From: a virus
Length of the DNA stretch: 64,000 nt
Virus record (IMG/VR): IMGVR_UViG_3300028025_003409
Span: 32,001-96,000 of that record
Direction: 5' to 3' (one strand)
The notes under the pieces are model-generated. The model had not been told where the DNA came from. It searched no databases and saw nothing but the letters and a program-made list of their open reading frames with translations. Each line of letters starts with the position of its first letter. Positions within the stretch are counted from its first letter, which is position 1. Below, in pieces: positions 29,167-39,884 of this stretch. Both the position numbers and the translations under genes were made by a program.

Positions 29167-29907
29167 TTGGCCTTGACTACTGATACACTTAAACTTAAAC
29201 GCTCTAATGATAGAAAGGTGGCTAATCTTGTCACAAAAAATGGAAAGCAAGCCGCAATCGCAAATACCTTTGGACTACCTGCTGGAAAGGCTTTCTCGTG
29301 CCCTGGTGCCACTAGCGTATGTGAAAGCGTGTGCTATGCAGGAAAACTCGAAAAACTCTTCAAAGGCGTAAAGGCTAACCTCTTACACAATTGGACCTTA
29401 CTTAAGGACGCCGATCAATTAACTATGGAGACACTGTTAACTGAAATGATTAACGATTTCCGTGCAGACTGTGTAAAGAAAGACGCCCCTATGCTATTCC
29501 GTATCCATTGGGACGGAGATTTCTTTAATGATATATACACTCATGCATGGAAGAATGTAATCAATAACAATCCTGATATTCAATTCTGGGTATATACCCG
29601 TGTTAAGTCTGCTGCACTTATACTTAAGGATGTATCTAATCTATCATTGTACTTCTCTGCAGATAGTGAGAATGTAAAAACCGCCGTTGACTTAAAAATT
29701 AATAGTGGCGTACGTATGGCATACCTTGCTAAGAACTTTGCTATTGGTCAAGCCGATGTAAAAGAAATGATAGGCAGACCTGCTGCTAAGTGTCCTGAGA
29801 ATAATAAACAAATTCCACTTATCTCAACTAACGGTAGCGCTTGCGTTTCATGCTCACTTTGTGTATACTCTAAGAGTGATATCATATTCTCTGCGAGTAA
29901 AAAATAA
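29167..29907 (+). CDS. Mycobacteriophage Gp88-like (radical-SAM-related) protein
   Basis: FGLPAG..SCPGAT..C...CYA; FRIHWDGDFF; FWVYTR; C-terminal CxxCxxC. Confidence 0.75.
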   Translation: MALTTDTLKLKRSNDRKVANLVTKNGKQAAIANTFGLPAGKAFSCPGATSVCESVCYAGKLEKLFKGVKANLLHNWTLLKDADQLTMETLLTEMINDFRADCVKKDAPMLFRIHWDGDFFNDIYTHAWKNVINNNPDIQFWVYTRVKSAALILKDVSNLSLYFSADSENVKTAVDLKINSGVRMAYLAKNFAIGQADVKEMIGRPAAKCPENNKQIPLISTNGSACVSCSLCVYSKSDIIFSASKK

Positions 29908-30709
29908 ATGAGCACTGCATTCTATTTTTGGATAATGCTAATACTACTAATAAGTTTATTAGGTGGTGGTGGTTGGTGATGATCCCCTGAAAAATGGGGA
30001 CGTCGCAAAATCTTTGATTTGTCAAATTACGACACGCATAAAAAATGTGGGGTTTATCACACTAGAAAATGTCATTTGGATTAGGATTTATGACATTTTT
30101 ATGCTAAAATTATACTATAAGCAAAACCCCCACAACAGAAAGGCAAGACCCAAATGACACTAGGCGGATACACTTACCAAATTGGTGATTTATTCACAAC
30201 CAGCAAAACAGGCATTACGGGACGCATTAGCGATTTCACCCCTGTCAATGCTAAACTAACTAGAGTTTCATTACGCTTGGCAAACGGCGCACACCGATTT
30301 GCTATGGTAAAGACCTCTAAGTAATCTCAAAATGTGAGAAAATGTCGAAATGGATTTGACATTTCTACAAGCAAAATGTTATACTTAGGTATAACCAAAT
30401 AACAACCCCTAACAGAAAAGAGAAAAAACAAATGGCAGTAAATACAGCAACATACAAGGTCGGCGATACTTTCACGACACAGAAGTCAAAGGTTAGCGGA
30501 GTAATCACAGAGATTACACCACAGGCTAACGGAAATGTCCGAGTAAAGTTAGATGTAGATGGCAAGCCACGCTACACAACTTGGACGGCTAAGTAATCTA
30601 ATTACTAAGTGTCGGGCGTACAGGCACTATAAATAAGGGGCGAGAACGAACCTGAGCAAGTTCCAAAAAGGCTCAACACCCCCACTAACAGAAAAGGAAA
30701 CAAAAACAA

Positions 30710-31132
30710 ATGGCAAGAGGCAAAGCAATCTCAGTAAAAATCCCTACTCAACGAGTAATCACCGCACTAGAGTCTGCACTAGCAAAACTAGAGTCAGACT
30801 ACGCATCACAAGAACAAAAGGAAGCACAGTACCAACTTCTATACAAGGCTTGGCAGAAAGAGTTAGCAGATTTCGCTATTGCTAATTTCTCAAAGGCTGA
30901 GAACATTAGAACAAACTTCCGTTCTTGGAACAAGACCCTCAACATTGACTTCGACATTATTGGTAGCGAAAGCAATTTCCCTGCTGAACCTGAGAAGCAA
31001 CACGAAACTATCCATCAGCACACTTATCGTGAGCAAAAAGAGGAAATGCAAAATGCAATTCGTATCCTCAAAATGACAGATGAGGAAGTTGTAAATACTT
31101 CCACATACAATGCGGTTGCTCGCTATCTCTAA
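30710..31132 (+). CDS. Early hypothetical protein
   Basis: AAAGGA RBS; helical 140 aa ORF. Confidence 0.7.
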   Translation: MARGKAISVKIPTQRVITALESALAKLESDYASQEQKEAQYQLLYKAWQKELADFAIANFSKAENIRTNFRSWNKTLNIDFDIIGSESNFPAEPEKQHETIHQHTYREQKEEMQNAIRILKMTDEEVVNTSTYNAVARYL

Positions 31133-31386
31133 GTGAGATTGGGTGGGGTGTAAAAGCCCCACTCATTATCCCCTGAGTTCCACGCTATTTATAGCAAGTG
31201 TCCCCTGGGGATCCTTCGCCAGGCTGATTAGGGCGATAACAGAAATACTATAGAGCCAGTTCACACCAACTGCAAGAAGTGTAACTACCTGAGTAAGTAT
31301 CAAAACTGCTCCCCGCAAGGGTCCTTGACAAATGTCAGTGGTCTCGTGTACAATTAAATTAAACAAACTAACAGAAAGAGGCCCCC

Positions 31387-31806
31387 ATGGACCAAACAAC
31401 AAACACAGTAGTGAATGCCACAGAAGACTTTCTTCGTGACTCACTAGCCAAAGCAACATTGCGTGTTACAGAATTAGAGGAGCACATCTCTAAGGTTACG
31501 CAGCGCTCATATGCAGAGTCTGCAGATAAGAATCGTATCGTTGAAGCAATGCAAGAGTGGACCCTTGGGGCCCTTGAGCACGGCACCATTGATGAATCAG
31601 ATGCAGAAGAAATTGCAGACATCTGTGGATTTGAACTAACGAAAGAATTCGAAGTTGAAGTCACAGTCATGTATTCGGTTACCGTAAATGCTCGCACTGA
31701 AGAGGATGCACAGAATGCAATTCATGATATTGATTTTGATACTGTAGACTACAATTCAGATTCAATTTCATATCTATCATCCTCAATTGATAGAGTTGAC
31801 ATTTAG
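31387..31806 (+). CDS. Early acidic hypothetical protein
   Basis: GAGG RBS after the 31333 promoter. Confidence 0.7.
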   Translation: MDQTTNTVVNATEDFLRDSLAKATLRVTELEEHISKVTQRSYAESADKNRIVEAMQEWTLGALEHGTIDESDAEEIADICGFELTKEFEVEVTVMYSVTVNARTEEDAQNAIHDIDFDTVDYNSDSISYLSSSIDRVDI

Positions 31807-32042
31807 TAGGGGGCTACTAACAAAAGACCTGAGCATGTCTGTACGTAAACTGCTCATTTTTAAAATCCCTCAAAATTTGGGACGTCCCGCCGACCAGTCA
31901 TTGTCAAATCGACACGCCGTTTACGAAGGGTGATCTTTGCCACAATGTTCGATTTATCCACATCTAACTATCCCGATTTGCATATGTCAGTCAGTCCTGC
32001 TATACTTAGAATTCAACAACAAAAAGAAAGAAGGAAAAACCT

Positions 32043-33065
32043 ATGGCACATGACCTAGAAACTCAAAACGGAAAAACATCTTTTGCGTCTTTCCGTGAAC
32101 CTGCTTGGCATGGATTGGGTACCGTATTCACAGAAGAGAAAACAACCGCAGAAATGCTAGAGGCTGCAAACCTCAATGGTTGGAATGTTCGTCTTGAGGA
32201 TTTGGAAACCCCTACACATCTAACAAGCGACAAGGCGTACCAATATGTCTTGCGTACAAATCCTACCGACAACACACAAACCGATATTCTTGGTGTAGTT
32301 GGTGAGCGATACCATGTTTTGCAGAATGAAGATTTATTCTCATTCGGTGATAACATTCTTGACGGCGGAGGTCGTTGGGAGACTGCTGGCTCAATCAAGG
32401 GTGGTCGTGTCGTGTTCGGTGCATTAGCACTAGAGCGTGAAACAATTCTTGACCCTAATGGTGTTGCAGACAAGGTAAAAACTTATTTGCTCATCAACAC
32501 ATCACATGATGGCTCAATCGCTATTCAAGCAAGCATTACACCCGTTCGTGTCGTGTGCGCTAACACTCTCAATCTTGCGCTTGGTGGCGTAGGTCGTAAG
32601 AAGAATAAGGGTATCAAGCAATCTTTCAAGATTCGCCATACACAAACTGCAAATGGTAAAGTGCAAGTTGCTCGTGAGACTCTTGGTCTTGCTAATGCAT
32701 ACATGAACGAATTCGATATCATGGCTAAGGCAATGATTGAGAAAGAAGTTTCTGCTAAGCAATTCAACGACATCATTCTTGCTGCTTACGCTAAGCCTGA
32801 AAAGGATTCTAAGGGTTCACTAAAGAAGTGGGAAAATAAAGTTGATGTTATCAACGATATTTACACTGGTGAATTCAATGGAATGATTGCGGGTAATGCG
32901 TGGGGTGCTTTCAATGCACTAACCGAACGCCTTGACTGGTATCGTTCTGCTCGTGGTGGTTCTAACGAATCTATCCTTGCAAGCGCAAGCGGATTTGACC
33001 CTGCTATCAACGCAGAAAAAAATCGCTTACTAAAAGTTGTGCAGAATGTAATGTCTCTCGCATAA
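32043..33065 (+). CDS. DUF932/DUF945 (TIGR03299-like) protein
   Basis: PAWHGLG; LGVVGERY..LQNE; ETAGSIKGG; NTSHDGS; PVRVVCANTL. Confidence 0.85.
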   Translation: MAHDLETQNGKTSFASFREPAWHGLGTVFTEEKTTAEMLEAANLNGWNVRLEDLETPTHLTSDKAYQYVLRTNPTDNTQTDILGVVGERYHVLQNEDLFSFGDNILDGGGRWETAGSIKGGRVVFGALALERETILDPNGVADKVKTYLLINTSHDGSIAIQASITPVRVVCANTLNLALGGVGRKKNKGIKQSFKIRHTQTANGKVQVARETLGLANAYMNEFDIMAKAMIEKEVSAKQFNDIILAAYAKPEKDSKGSLKKWENKVDVINDIYTGEFNGMIAGNAWGAFNALTERLDWYRSARGGSNESILASASGFDPAINAEKNRLLKVVQNVMSLA

Positions 33066-33106
33066 TAAAAAAATTCCTGAGCAAGAATAAAAACTGCTCA
33101 CCATTT

Positions 33107-33180
33107 GGTCCGTTAGAATAGTTGGTTAGTTCGCCACCCTGTCACGGTGGAGGTCATGGGTTCAAGTCCCATACGGATCG
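33107..33180 (+). tRNA. tRNA-Asp(GTC)
   Basis: Acceptor GGTCCGT/ACGGATC; anticodon arm CCACC-CTGTCAC-GGTGG; GGTTCAAGTC T-loop. Confidence 0.92.
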
Positions 33181-33371
33181 CAAGTAAATAAATATGCAAC
33201 GCAATGTATAAAAATTTGGGACGTCCCCTGTGACTTACATCACATGAGATTTTTAACTAAATAACTTTACGATAGGGTGATATTTTCCCCAAAAATTCTT
33301 TACGATAGATTTGACTTTTTCCCCAAACCATGCGATAATTAATATATAACCCACTAAAAAAGGAAAACCCC

Positions 33372-33797
33372 ATGAGAGACAGATCAAAAGGATATATCGG
33401 TCAAATCGTTGACGGTAAAAAGTTAGCCACAATTGCAAATAATATCTATCGCCTACAGTATAGTAATGACTTTAGTGAGTGTACTGTAGATAATCTACTG
33501 TTCATTACCCTCGAAGAAACCAATGTCTTTGGAGACAACAAGTACGCCTTGGTTTGTTCAGAAGGAGTGGGCTGGGAGCAAGATACTTATGGATGTCTAG
33601 AAGTACCAACTAACATTGGCCAAATGGGTCTATGGAATGGAAGAGTATTTATATCAGTAGATACCGTTAAGGAATGTCTAACAGATCAAACAGAAGACAT
33701 TGCAGACTATGTCCGTGTCTTTGGAGACAGACTAGATAGGAACTGTTCCCTGTGGCAGTCCAAGATGTCAGTGCCTAGTGCTATGATAAATGCATGA
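33372..33797 (+). CDS. Hypothetical protein
   Basis: TTGACT promoter and AAGGA RBS upstream. Confidence 0.65.
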   Translation: MRDRSKGYIGQIVDGKKLATIANNIYRLQYSNDFSECTVDNLLFITLEETNVFGDNKYALVCSEGVGWEQDTYGCLEVPTNIGQMGLWNGRVFISVDTVKECLTDQTEDIADYVRVFGDRLDRNCSLWQSKMSVPSAMINA

Positions 33798-34097
33798 ACA
33801 CAATAAATGACCTTATAAACGAAATCTATGACGACAACTTCTCTCACCTTGAGTTTGAGGAGAATATGGGCGGTATCGATTGTGACTGCCATATCCACAC
33901 TACACTAAACACTATTGCTAAGTATGCAGGGATTGAGGTAGGATAATGTTAGGCTATACTGAAACTGATATTGCAGTAATGACAGATGCTATGGAAGACG
34001 CTATCAAATCAGGTAGGCTCTCTGATGAGATAACAGATGGTTTGGAGAAGGCTATGTCTTTCTTTGATGGCCTATGGGCAGAAGGGTATTTTGACTA

Positions 34098-36676
34098 ATG
34101 AAAGTTAGAATCAGTCTTGAACAAACCATTGATATAGATGATGCTATGTCTAATGATATAGGGTTTGAACTCTATGGTCCCCCTGACATGAGCACTGAAG
34201 ATAAAGTAGATTATCTAATGGCTCGCTTTGCTGAGGACATAGACACTATGGTAAAGTATGATGAAGTATTGGGTAACATCTCAGTAGAATACATAGAGGA
34301 CTAATATGTGGAGTAGGTATACCTTTGTTTGTGATCCTGATGAGTGTGATGCCCTGGTTGAGTTTACTGCTAGGGATGACTTTGGATTTCCCCTGGGAGT
34401 TGTCGAAATGAGATGCCCTTGTGGTAGGATGTTAAACTATATTAGTTATGAAGAAGCCTATCAACCGATCATTACAGATGTGAGCAAGGTCACACCCCGT
34501 ACAGTTGTCAAAATCGACTCGAACCCGTATAATTAATATATGAATACAATTATAGAATATATGAAGTTACACCTGCTCAGTCTTGAACAAGACTCTGCTC
34601 ACCTTGAAAAGCAAATGGATGCTTATTCTAACTATGAGGATGATGACTACCGTATGCTAGAGATTGAAGATATCTCTACTAATGGTCAGATTATCGCTAC
34701 CGCCCACCTTTTGTCAGTGGCTCAGGGTATGATAGAGTAATGGAAACAACACAACTAGAGCCAAGACTGCAAAGACTCATTGACCTAGGAGAGTCAGGCA
34801 CTGACATACTCCATGGTGAACTCAAGAACTTAATGCTTGAGGCCGAAAAGGAATTCCTTGAGGCACAACAGATTGAAGAAGACAACGACTACTCAGACGC
34901 TATGGAGTCTATGGAGCGTAAGTACTGGGAAGGCCAGTGCGACGCATTAGCCCATGTCTATGCATTAACTTATCAACTAGCATTTGCTCTCAGTGACAGG
35001 ATAAAGAACAATGGATAAGTTTATCGAAATGGACTTTGACGAGTGGTGTGAGACCTACAAGCCAATCGTTAATCATATAGATACAAATGCCTCATTTGAC
35101 AATGGCGAGGGTGGCATTATGTTTGAGACCTACGGCGACGAGGTTGAGTTTGTAAAGCAGCAAGACGCTAATAAGATATGGATGTATGGGGACGGAGACG
35201 ACGGTGGAAGTTATATCTGGTCTGGTTGGGGCTTTGTTAATAGGCTTGGTTATTTTATCACTGATAAACCTTGCCCAGATAATGTGACCATTCAGGTACG
35301 AGTTAGTTACAATTGGTTCTACTGTGAAAACTGTGGGGCTGAGTTTGAAGACCCTGATAATACTATCAGAGATAAGTTTGATGAGGCCGATTTGGAAAAA
35401 TGCCCAAATTGTGCTACACTTGAAGAAATGACCCAAATAGAAAAAGGAGACCCAATGAAAGAAAATGAGCAAGTAGACGAAGTACTAGTAGACCCTGAAC
35501 TGCTAAAAGATGTTTGGTTTGATTTAGGCAAGGACGGTAAGTAATGTCAACATACAAAGTAGAAGTAATCTTTGAGCCAACAGGCGACTACATGAATTTT
35601 AGATACGAGGCGGAATCAGACAATGAAGAGGACCTCTGCAGAGAAGTATTAAACCAACTATCAATTGTATCTTGGAAGGATGAAGAGTAATGGGAGCACG
35701 GATTAACTACGTATTCAAAGACAGTGAGCAGGGCCCTATGGTTGCTCTATACAGCCATTGGGGTGAGACTGAGTGGCAGCGGGACCTAGCAATGGCGCTG
35801 CAGCATGCAAAACCCCGCTGGCAAGATTCTGCATATGGTACACGGATGATCATTAGTTATCTTATGCAAGACAGCATTCTAGAGGAGACAGGCTTTGGTA
35901 TTTACGCTATTAGCAATGACGGGTCCCTTGACCTAGGTGACCTTACAGTACTAGTCGACTTCACTACCAATACTGTTACTGATAGAGTTTCGGTACCGTT
36001 TGATAAATTCATGGATGCATATCTACCAGTTTTAGTTGAGCAGGCATAGATCTAGGGTCAGACTGTGCCTAAGGGTGGGGGTAAGCGTGGGGCTTGCCTC
36101 CCCCTAACTTTTGCGGTATAATGGAAGAGAGGAGGGACTATGGCGTATTCAGTAAGACGGAAAGCAGAGCATAACAAAGAGTCAAGAAAAGCAGAGCAGT
36201 TGGCAAAACTTCTTACAGAAGATTTCTCCATAGACCTAGAACGGGTTGGATACTATCTAGTAAGAAACATGCCCACAATCGTGTTTCATAGATTTGATGT
36301 TTTAGCCTTGACAGCACAAGAAGAGTATGATAAACTAATGGCAGAGATGAAGGGTAGACTATAAATGGATTTTGCAGATAAGGCTGGAGCGATTGGTCAG
36401 TTATGGATTGAGTTCCGTAATGATGAAGATTTCTCGGCATTCATGGATTACAACGACCTAGGTTGTCCAATGGCATACATGGTGGCAGAAGGTTTGATTA
36501 AAGAACTTACACCTATTGGTGAAGAGATGATTACTGAAACATTTAAGATGTTTCTAGAGTTAGTTAATGTTACAGAGGAAGAGATTGACTCTGTACTTCC
36601 AGATAAGAACCTTGGTTCTATCTTGGTCTTTGCTCACAATAAGAAGAAAAACTCAACACCAGACGAAGAAGAGTAA
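34098..36676 (+). CDS. Run of small, mostly acidic hypothetical ORFs (34098, 34306, 34540, 34740, 35011, 35690, 36140, 36365)
   Basis: Tightly packed or overlapping ORFs; 35011 carries a CxxC..CxxC zinc ribbon; 35690 has a YSHWG motif. Confidence 0.6.
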
Positions 36677-36739
36677 CAAGATTATCCTTGATCCCTGGGC
36701 TTGACAAAAGCCTGGGGTTATGGGACGTCTCAGGACGTC

Positions 36740-37700
36740 AAATCGGACATATCGGACAAACCTCTCAAACCTTATATTTCTAAAAATAAGATTACGAAGG
36801 GGTTTTTTCTTTTCCCCAATCATGGACAAACCATCTTTCTCAAAAAAAGATTACGTAGCACAAAAACCTTTCCCCATTCATGGCTTATACCATATCAAAC
36901 CTTGTTTGTCAAACCTTTATATTTGGTGTTATAATAAAGATATGAGTCCAAGACACTTTGCAAACTATGCAAAACAATATCCTAAACAATATCAGGCATT
37001 CTCCGATAACATGTGGAATAGTTTTGTAGGTATTACTCATACTATAGGTTTGGGTAGATTCTTTTCATTCACCCCCGAATTTTTAGCGCCCCCGCTCACC
37101 AAGGCATCTGGCGTTTTTGCTGAAGCAGATCTTGAAGCATTAGATCCCACCAAAATCGGGCGGGAATTAGGCAAGGTATACAATCAAACACTACCTGATA
37201 ACAAACCTCTATAGTATAAAACCCTCTATAGAATAGATTACGAACCCTTGATTATTTTTCCCAGAGTTTTAGAATATTATCCAAACCTTTATATAATTTT
37301 ATAAAGGTTTTCTTTATTTTCTGAGCAAATTCGAACAAATTTCATATGAATTTTATGGGCATATTCATGCATAGAAGGACTTGACAAACCATGGTTTTGC
37401 ATGTATAATGCCCAAACCTTACTATGGGAAAGAAGGTTTGACAATATCGGGAATATGTGGTAAGAAGGTTTGAAGGTTTGGGATATGGAGGTTTGGCCGT
37501 AAGAAGATTACGACGCCTTCTATAAAAGCGCTCTATCCTCCACTACTCTCCACTTTACTCCACTTCTAGACTATCTAATTAAATAATCAGTAACATTTAT
37601 CTGTGGATAAACCTGTGGATAACTATGATCAAAACCTTACAAACCAGACATTACGAACCTAACAATATATCTCCCAAACCTCACAACCTGTGGATAACTG
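36740..37700. repeat. Iteron-like CAAACC(T) and GATTACG repeats with DnaA boxes (origin candidate)
   Basis: About 11 CAAACC copies on +, 4 inverted copies at 37435-37495; GATTACG at 36790, 36849, 37236 and 37506; DnaA boxes at 37602, 37614 and 37689. Confidence 0.55.
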
Positions 37701-37807
37701 CTATACTATAACTATGCTAAATGTCCTATGCTTTGACTGTGGTGGTATGTTCCAGGTATCATATGAAACTCCAAACCCTACTAAACAATGTCCAAAATGC
37801 CAGGGGA

Positions 37808-38119
37808 TCAAGTCTCCTTTATAGCCTTGTTGACCATACGGATCAAACCTCGTCTAGTGATCTTACTAGCATCAAATGTCTCCGTATAGCCCCCTTGTGG
37901 CATATCCGCCTTATCTAGAAAATAACCATGCTTTGCCCTTAGTGTTCTTAGTACTAGGGTTTCTACTGTTCTCGCTTTATCCCGTTCGAAAAAATACCAA
38001 TACTTGACGAGTATCCATCCTTTGGTCCTATGGCTTGCAAACCTCTTGCCTGAGACATCAGATATCCCTATCTTGACAGCCTTGTATACTGGGCTGTATA
38101 GGATGTATAGTAGGGTCAT
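37808..38119 (-). CDS. GIY-YIG/T5orf172-like nuclease-domain protein
   Basis: LYILY...VKIGIS...R...E...GYTETF. Confidence 0.6.
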   Translation of the reverse strand: MTLLYILYSPVYKAVKIGISDVSGKRFASHRTKGWILVKYWYFFERDKARTVETLVLRTLRAKHGYFLDKADMPQGGYTETFDASKITRRGLIRMVNKAIKET

Positions 38120-38341
38120 TACTCTATTATACTTGACATACCGTGCAAAATTGGATATACTTGAAGTATGACTAATCAAGAGATATCTGACCTATTAAAT
38201 AAAGAATCTTACAAGGTTTGGGACACTGCTAAAGTAATTAAGAACCAAGACTACCATGATGGACTGGTTAAGGGTTTGAAGATGGCTGCTCAGTTTGTTT
38301 CTAAACTTGACTAAACCCTCAACTTAAGGTATACTGGATAT

Positions 38342-38572
38342 ATGCAACTATTTATGAGCGAGTATGCCTCGTGGGTGCTCGCTGTCATTGGAGTCACAGG
38401 CATCTTCTTTGTTGGTCGTAAGACCATTTGGGGATGGTTCGTACTCCTATTCAACGAAGTTCTTTGGATAGCCTATGCCCTATATACAAACCAGTATGGC
38501 TTTATATTTAGCGCACTTGCCTATGCAGCAGTTTATCTTAAGTCATACCTACACTGGAGGCGTGAAGAGTGA
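38342..38572 (+). CDS. PnuC-like small membrane protein
   Basis: Three TM segments; K.IWGW...N..LW. Confidence 0.5.
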   Translation: MQLFMSEYASWVLAVIGVTGIFFVGRKTIWGWFVLLFNEVLWIAYALYTNQYGFIFSALAYAAVYLKSYLHWRREE

Positions 38573-38980
38573 AGCCTAAAGAGTGTGTAAAGTGTAAGAT
38601 GGAAGTCAAAGATCCTTTATTCTGGGATACACATCAGACTATGACAGATGACTGGATTTGGTGTGCTAAGAAATCTTGAGATACCTGATCCATTCCAAAC
38701 CTTTGTAGCCAAAAAATATGCTAACGCTAAGGGTGCTGTCTATGACTTCTTTAGCGGTGAATGGTCTTATACCTGTGGTGCTTGCAAAGAGCCTTTATCT
38801 GGTCCGTCCCGCAAAATATTGACAAAGATTCGCCTATACCACAGTAGAAATGAGTGCTTAAATGGATACTGAACAAACCTTCGATCAAGAGTTTAGTGTT
38901 GAAGAGATTACGAAAGCCATTGTAGATCAGGCTAAGGCTGATGTTAAGTCTCGCTATGGAAATAAGAAAAGACATAGACA

Positions 38981-39241
38981 ATGAGATCTTGTAGTGCCAT
39001 TACGAAAAAGAAAAAGCCATGCCCAATTTATGTTGATGACTGGCGTACCGTTGATCTTTGCCATGTACATGATCCAAATGGAAAGTTTAGAACACAGGTA
39101 AGAAATGGCACTACCAGAAGGCTAAGGAAAGAGAACTCTCCTAAGGCTAAGAAAGAGTGTCAGCATACTTGGTATATGCGTGAGGATGGTATACAATGTA
39201 CTAAGTGTCTAGTTATATGGGAGAGCGATGAAAGAGCCTAA
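38981..39241 (+). CDS. Cys/His-rich zinc-binding protein
   Basis: CSAITKKKKPC...CHVH; CQH...CTKC. Confidence 0.55.
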   Translation: MRSCSAITKKKKPCPIYVDDWRTVDLCHVHDPNGKFRTQVRNGTTRRLRKENSPKAKKECQHTWYMREDGIQCTKCLVIWESDERA

Positions 39242-39884
39242 GATTGCACAGATGGATTGGCGTAGCCTAGGTTACTGGCCTATCTGGAAAGATGGAAAGA
39301 AAGTGTGGGTGCCTAAGGATGATAAATCATTCGACAAAGACACAAAGAACTAAGATATGGCCTTTACGATGGATAGGAAATTTTCTTGGTGGCTATGCTG
39401 GTAATCATTTAGTTAAGTGTGTTAATATGGATGAGGATGAAGAGCATGGCCTTGCCTATAAGTACCACGCAAAAATGTGGAAGTATCTTAATAAGCCCTA
39501 TGAGTGGTGGGGAACATACTACACCATAGATATGGATGCTTGGAGAGAAGAGTTAGATCAGATGAAGTTAGACATGTCTGGCTCTGGTTGGGATGATTAT
39601 GATGAGTTTGGTAAGGCATATTGGGATAAAGAAACAGATAGCGAGTCGCAAGACTCGTAGGGTTGTTTAAGTATCTCTATTTTGCGCCGAACTTTAAAAA
39701 CTTGACATCCATCCGCCGAACCTGTATAATTGGTATATGAGTATAGACGAAATGATTTTGCGAGAAGAAATTGCAAGGGCTATTGAGGCTTTGCCCATTG
39801 AACCATCAAAAACAAATGCTTTGGGCATGCGTATTGCTGCTGCTCAAATAGCAAGGGGAGACGATAACTATATGACTAAAATGT

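Larger units (their letters stand above)
23786..34494. promoter_or_regulatory. CRP/GlxR-type boxes TGTGA-N6-TCACA
   Basis: Perfect at 23937, 24793, 25132, 27038, 28795, 33229 and 34479; one mismatch at 23786, 24048, 25009 and 30047. Confidence 0.7.
23330..34733. promoter_or_regulatory. Ten PafBC/RecA-NDp-type promoters TGTCAG-N10-TAnnnT
   Basis: Plus strand at 24097, 25176, 26007, 27186, 28956, 31333, 31985, 33766 and 34712; minus strand at 23351-23330; each upstream of an ORF start. Confidence 0.75.
24782..36729 (+). repeat. Dispersed GGGACGTC module-boundary box
   Basis: At 24782, 25883, 27008, 28668, 29997, 31879, 33218 and 36722; all on the plus strand, in spacers, mostly after A/T tracts. 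Confidence 0.85.
24008..37697. promoter_or_regulatory. DnaA boxes (TTATCCACA/TGTGGATAA)
   Basis: Perfect 9-mers at 24008, 25945, 28704, 31954, 37602, 37614 and 37689. Confidence 0.65.

Noticed and set aside
25840-33099. Hammerhead ribozyme from CTGAG...AAAC
   Set aside because: Lacks the CUGAnGA core, stem II/GAAA arrangement and NUH site; the pairing pattern fits an H-type pseudoknot
24782-36729. Integron attC array or CRISPR formed by GGGACGTC repeats
   Set aside because: No GTTRRRY/RYYYAAC inverted cores, no integrase in the window, spacing above 1 kb and repeats too short
37331-37346. LexA SOS box (TCGAACAAATTTCATA)
   Set aside because: Only a half-match to CGAAC-N4-GTTCG, and a single copy
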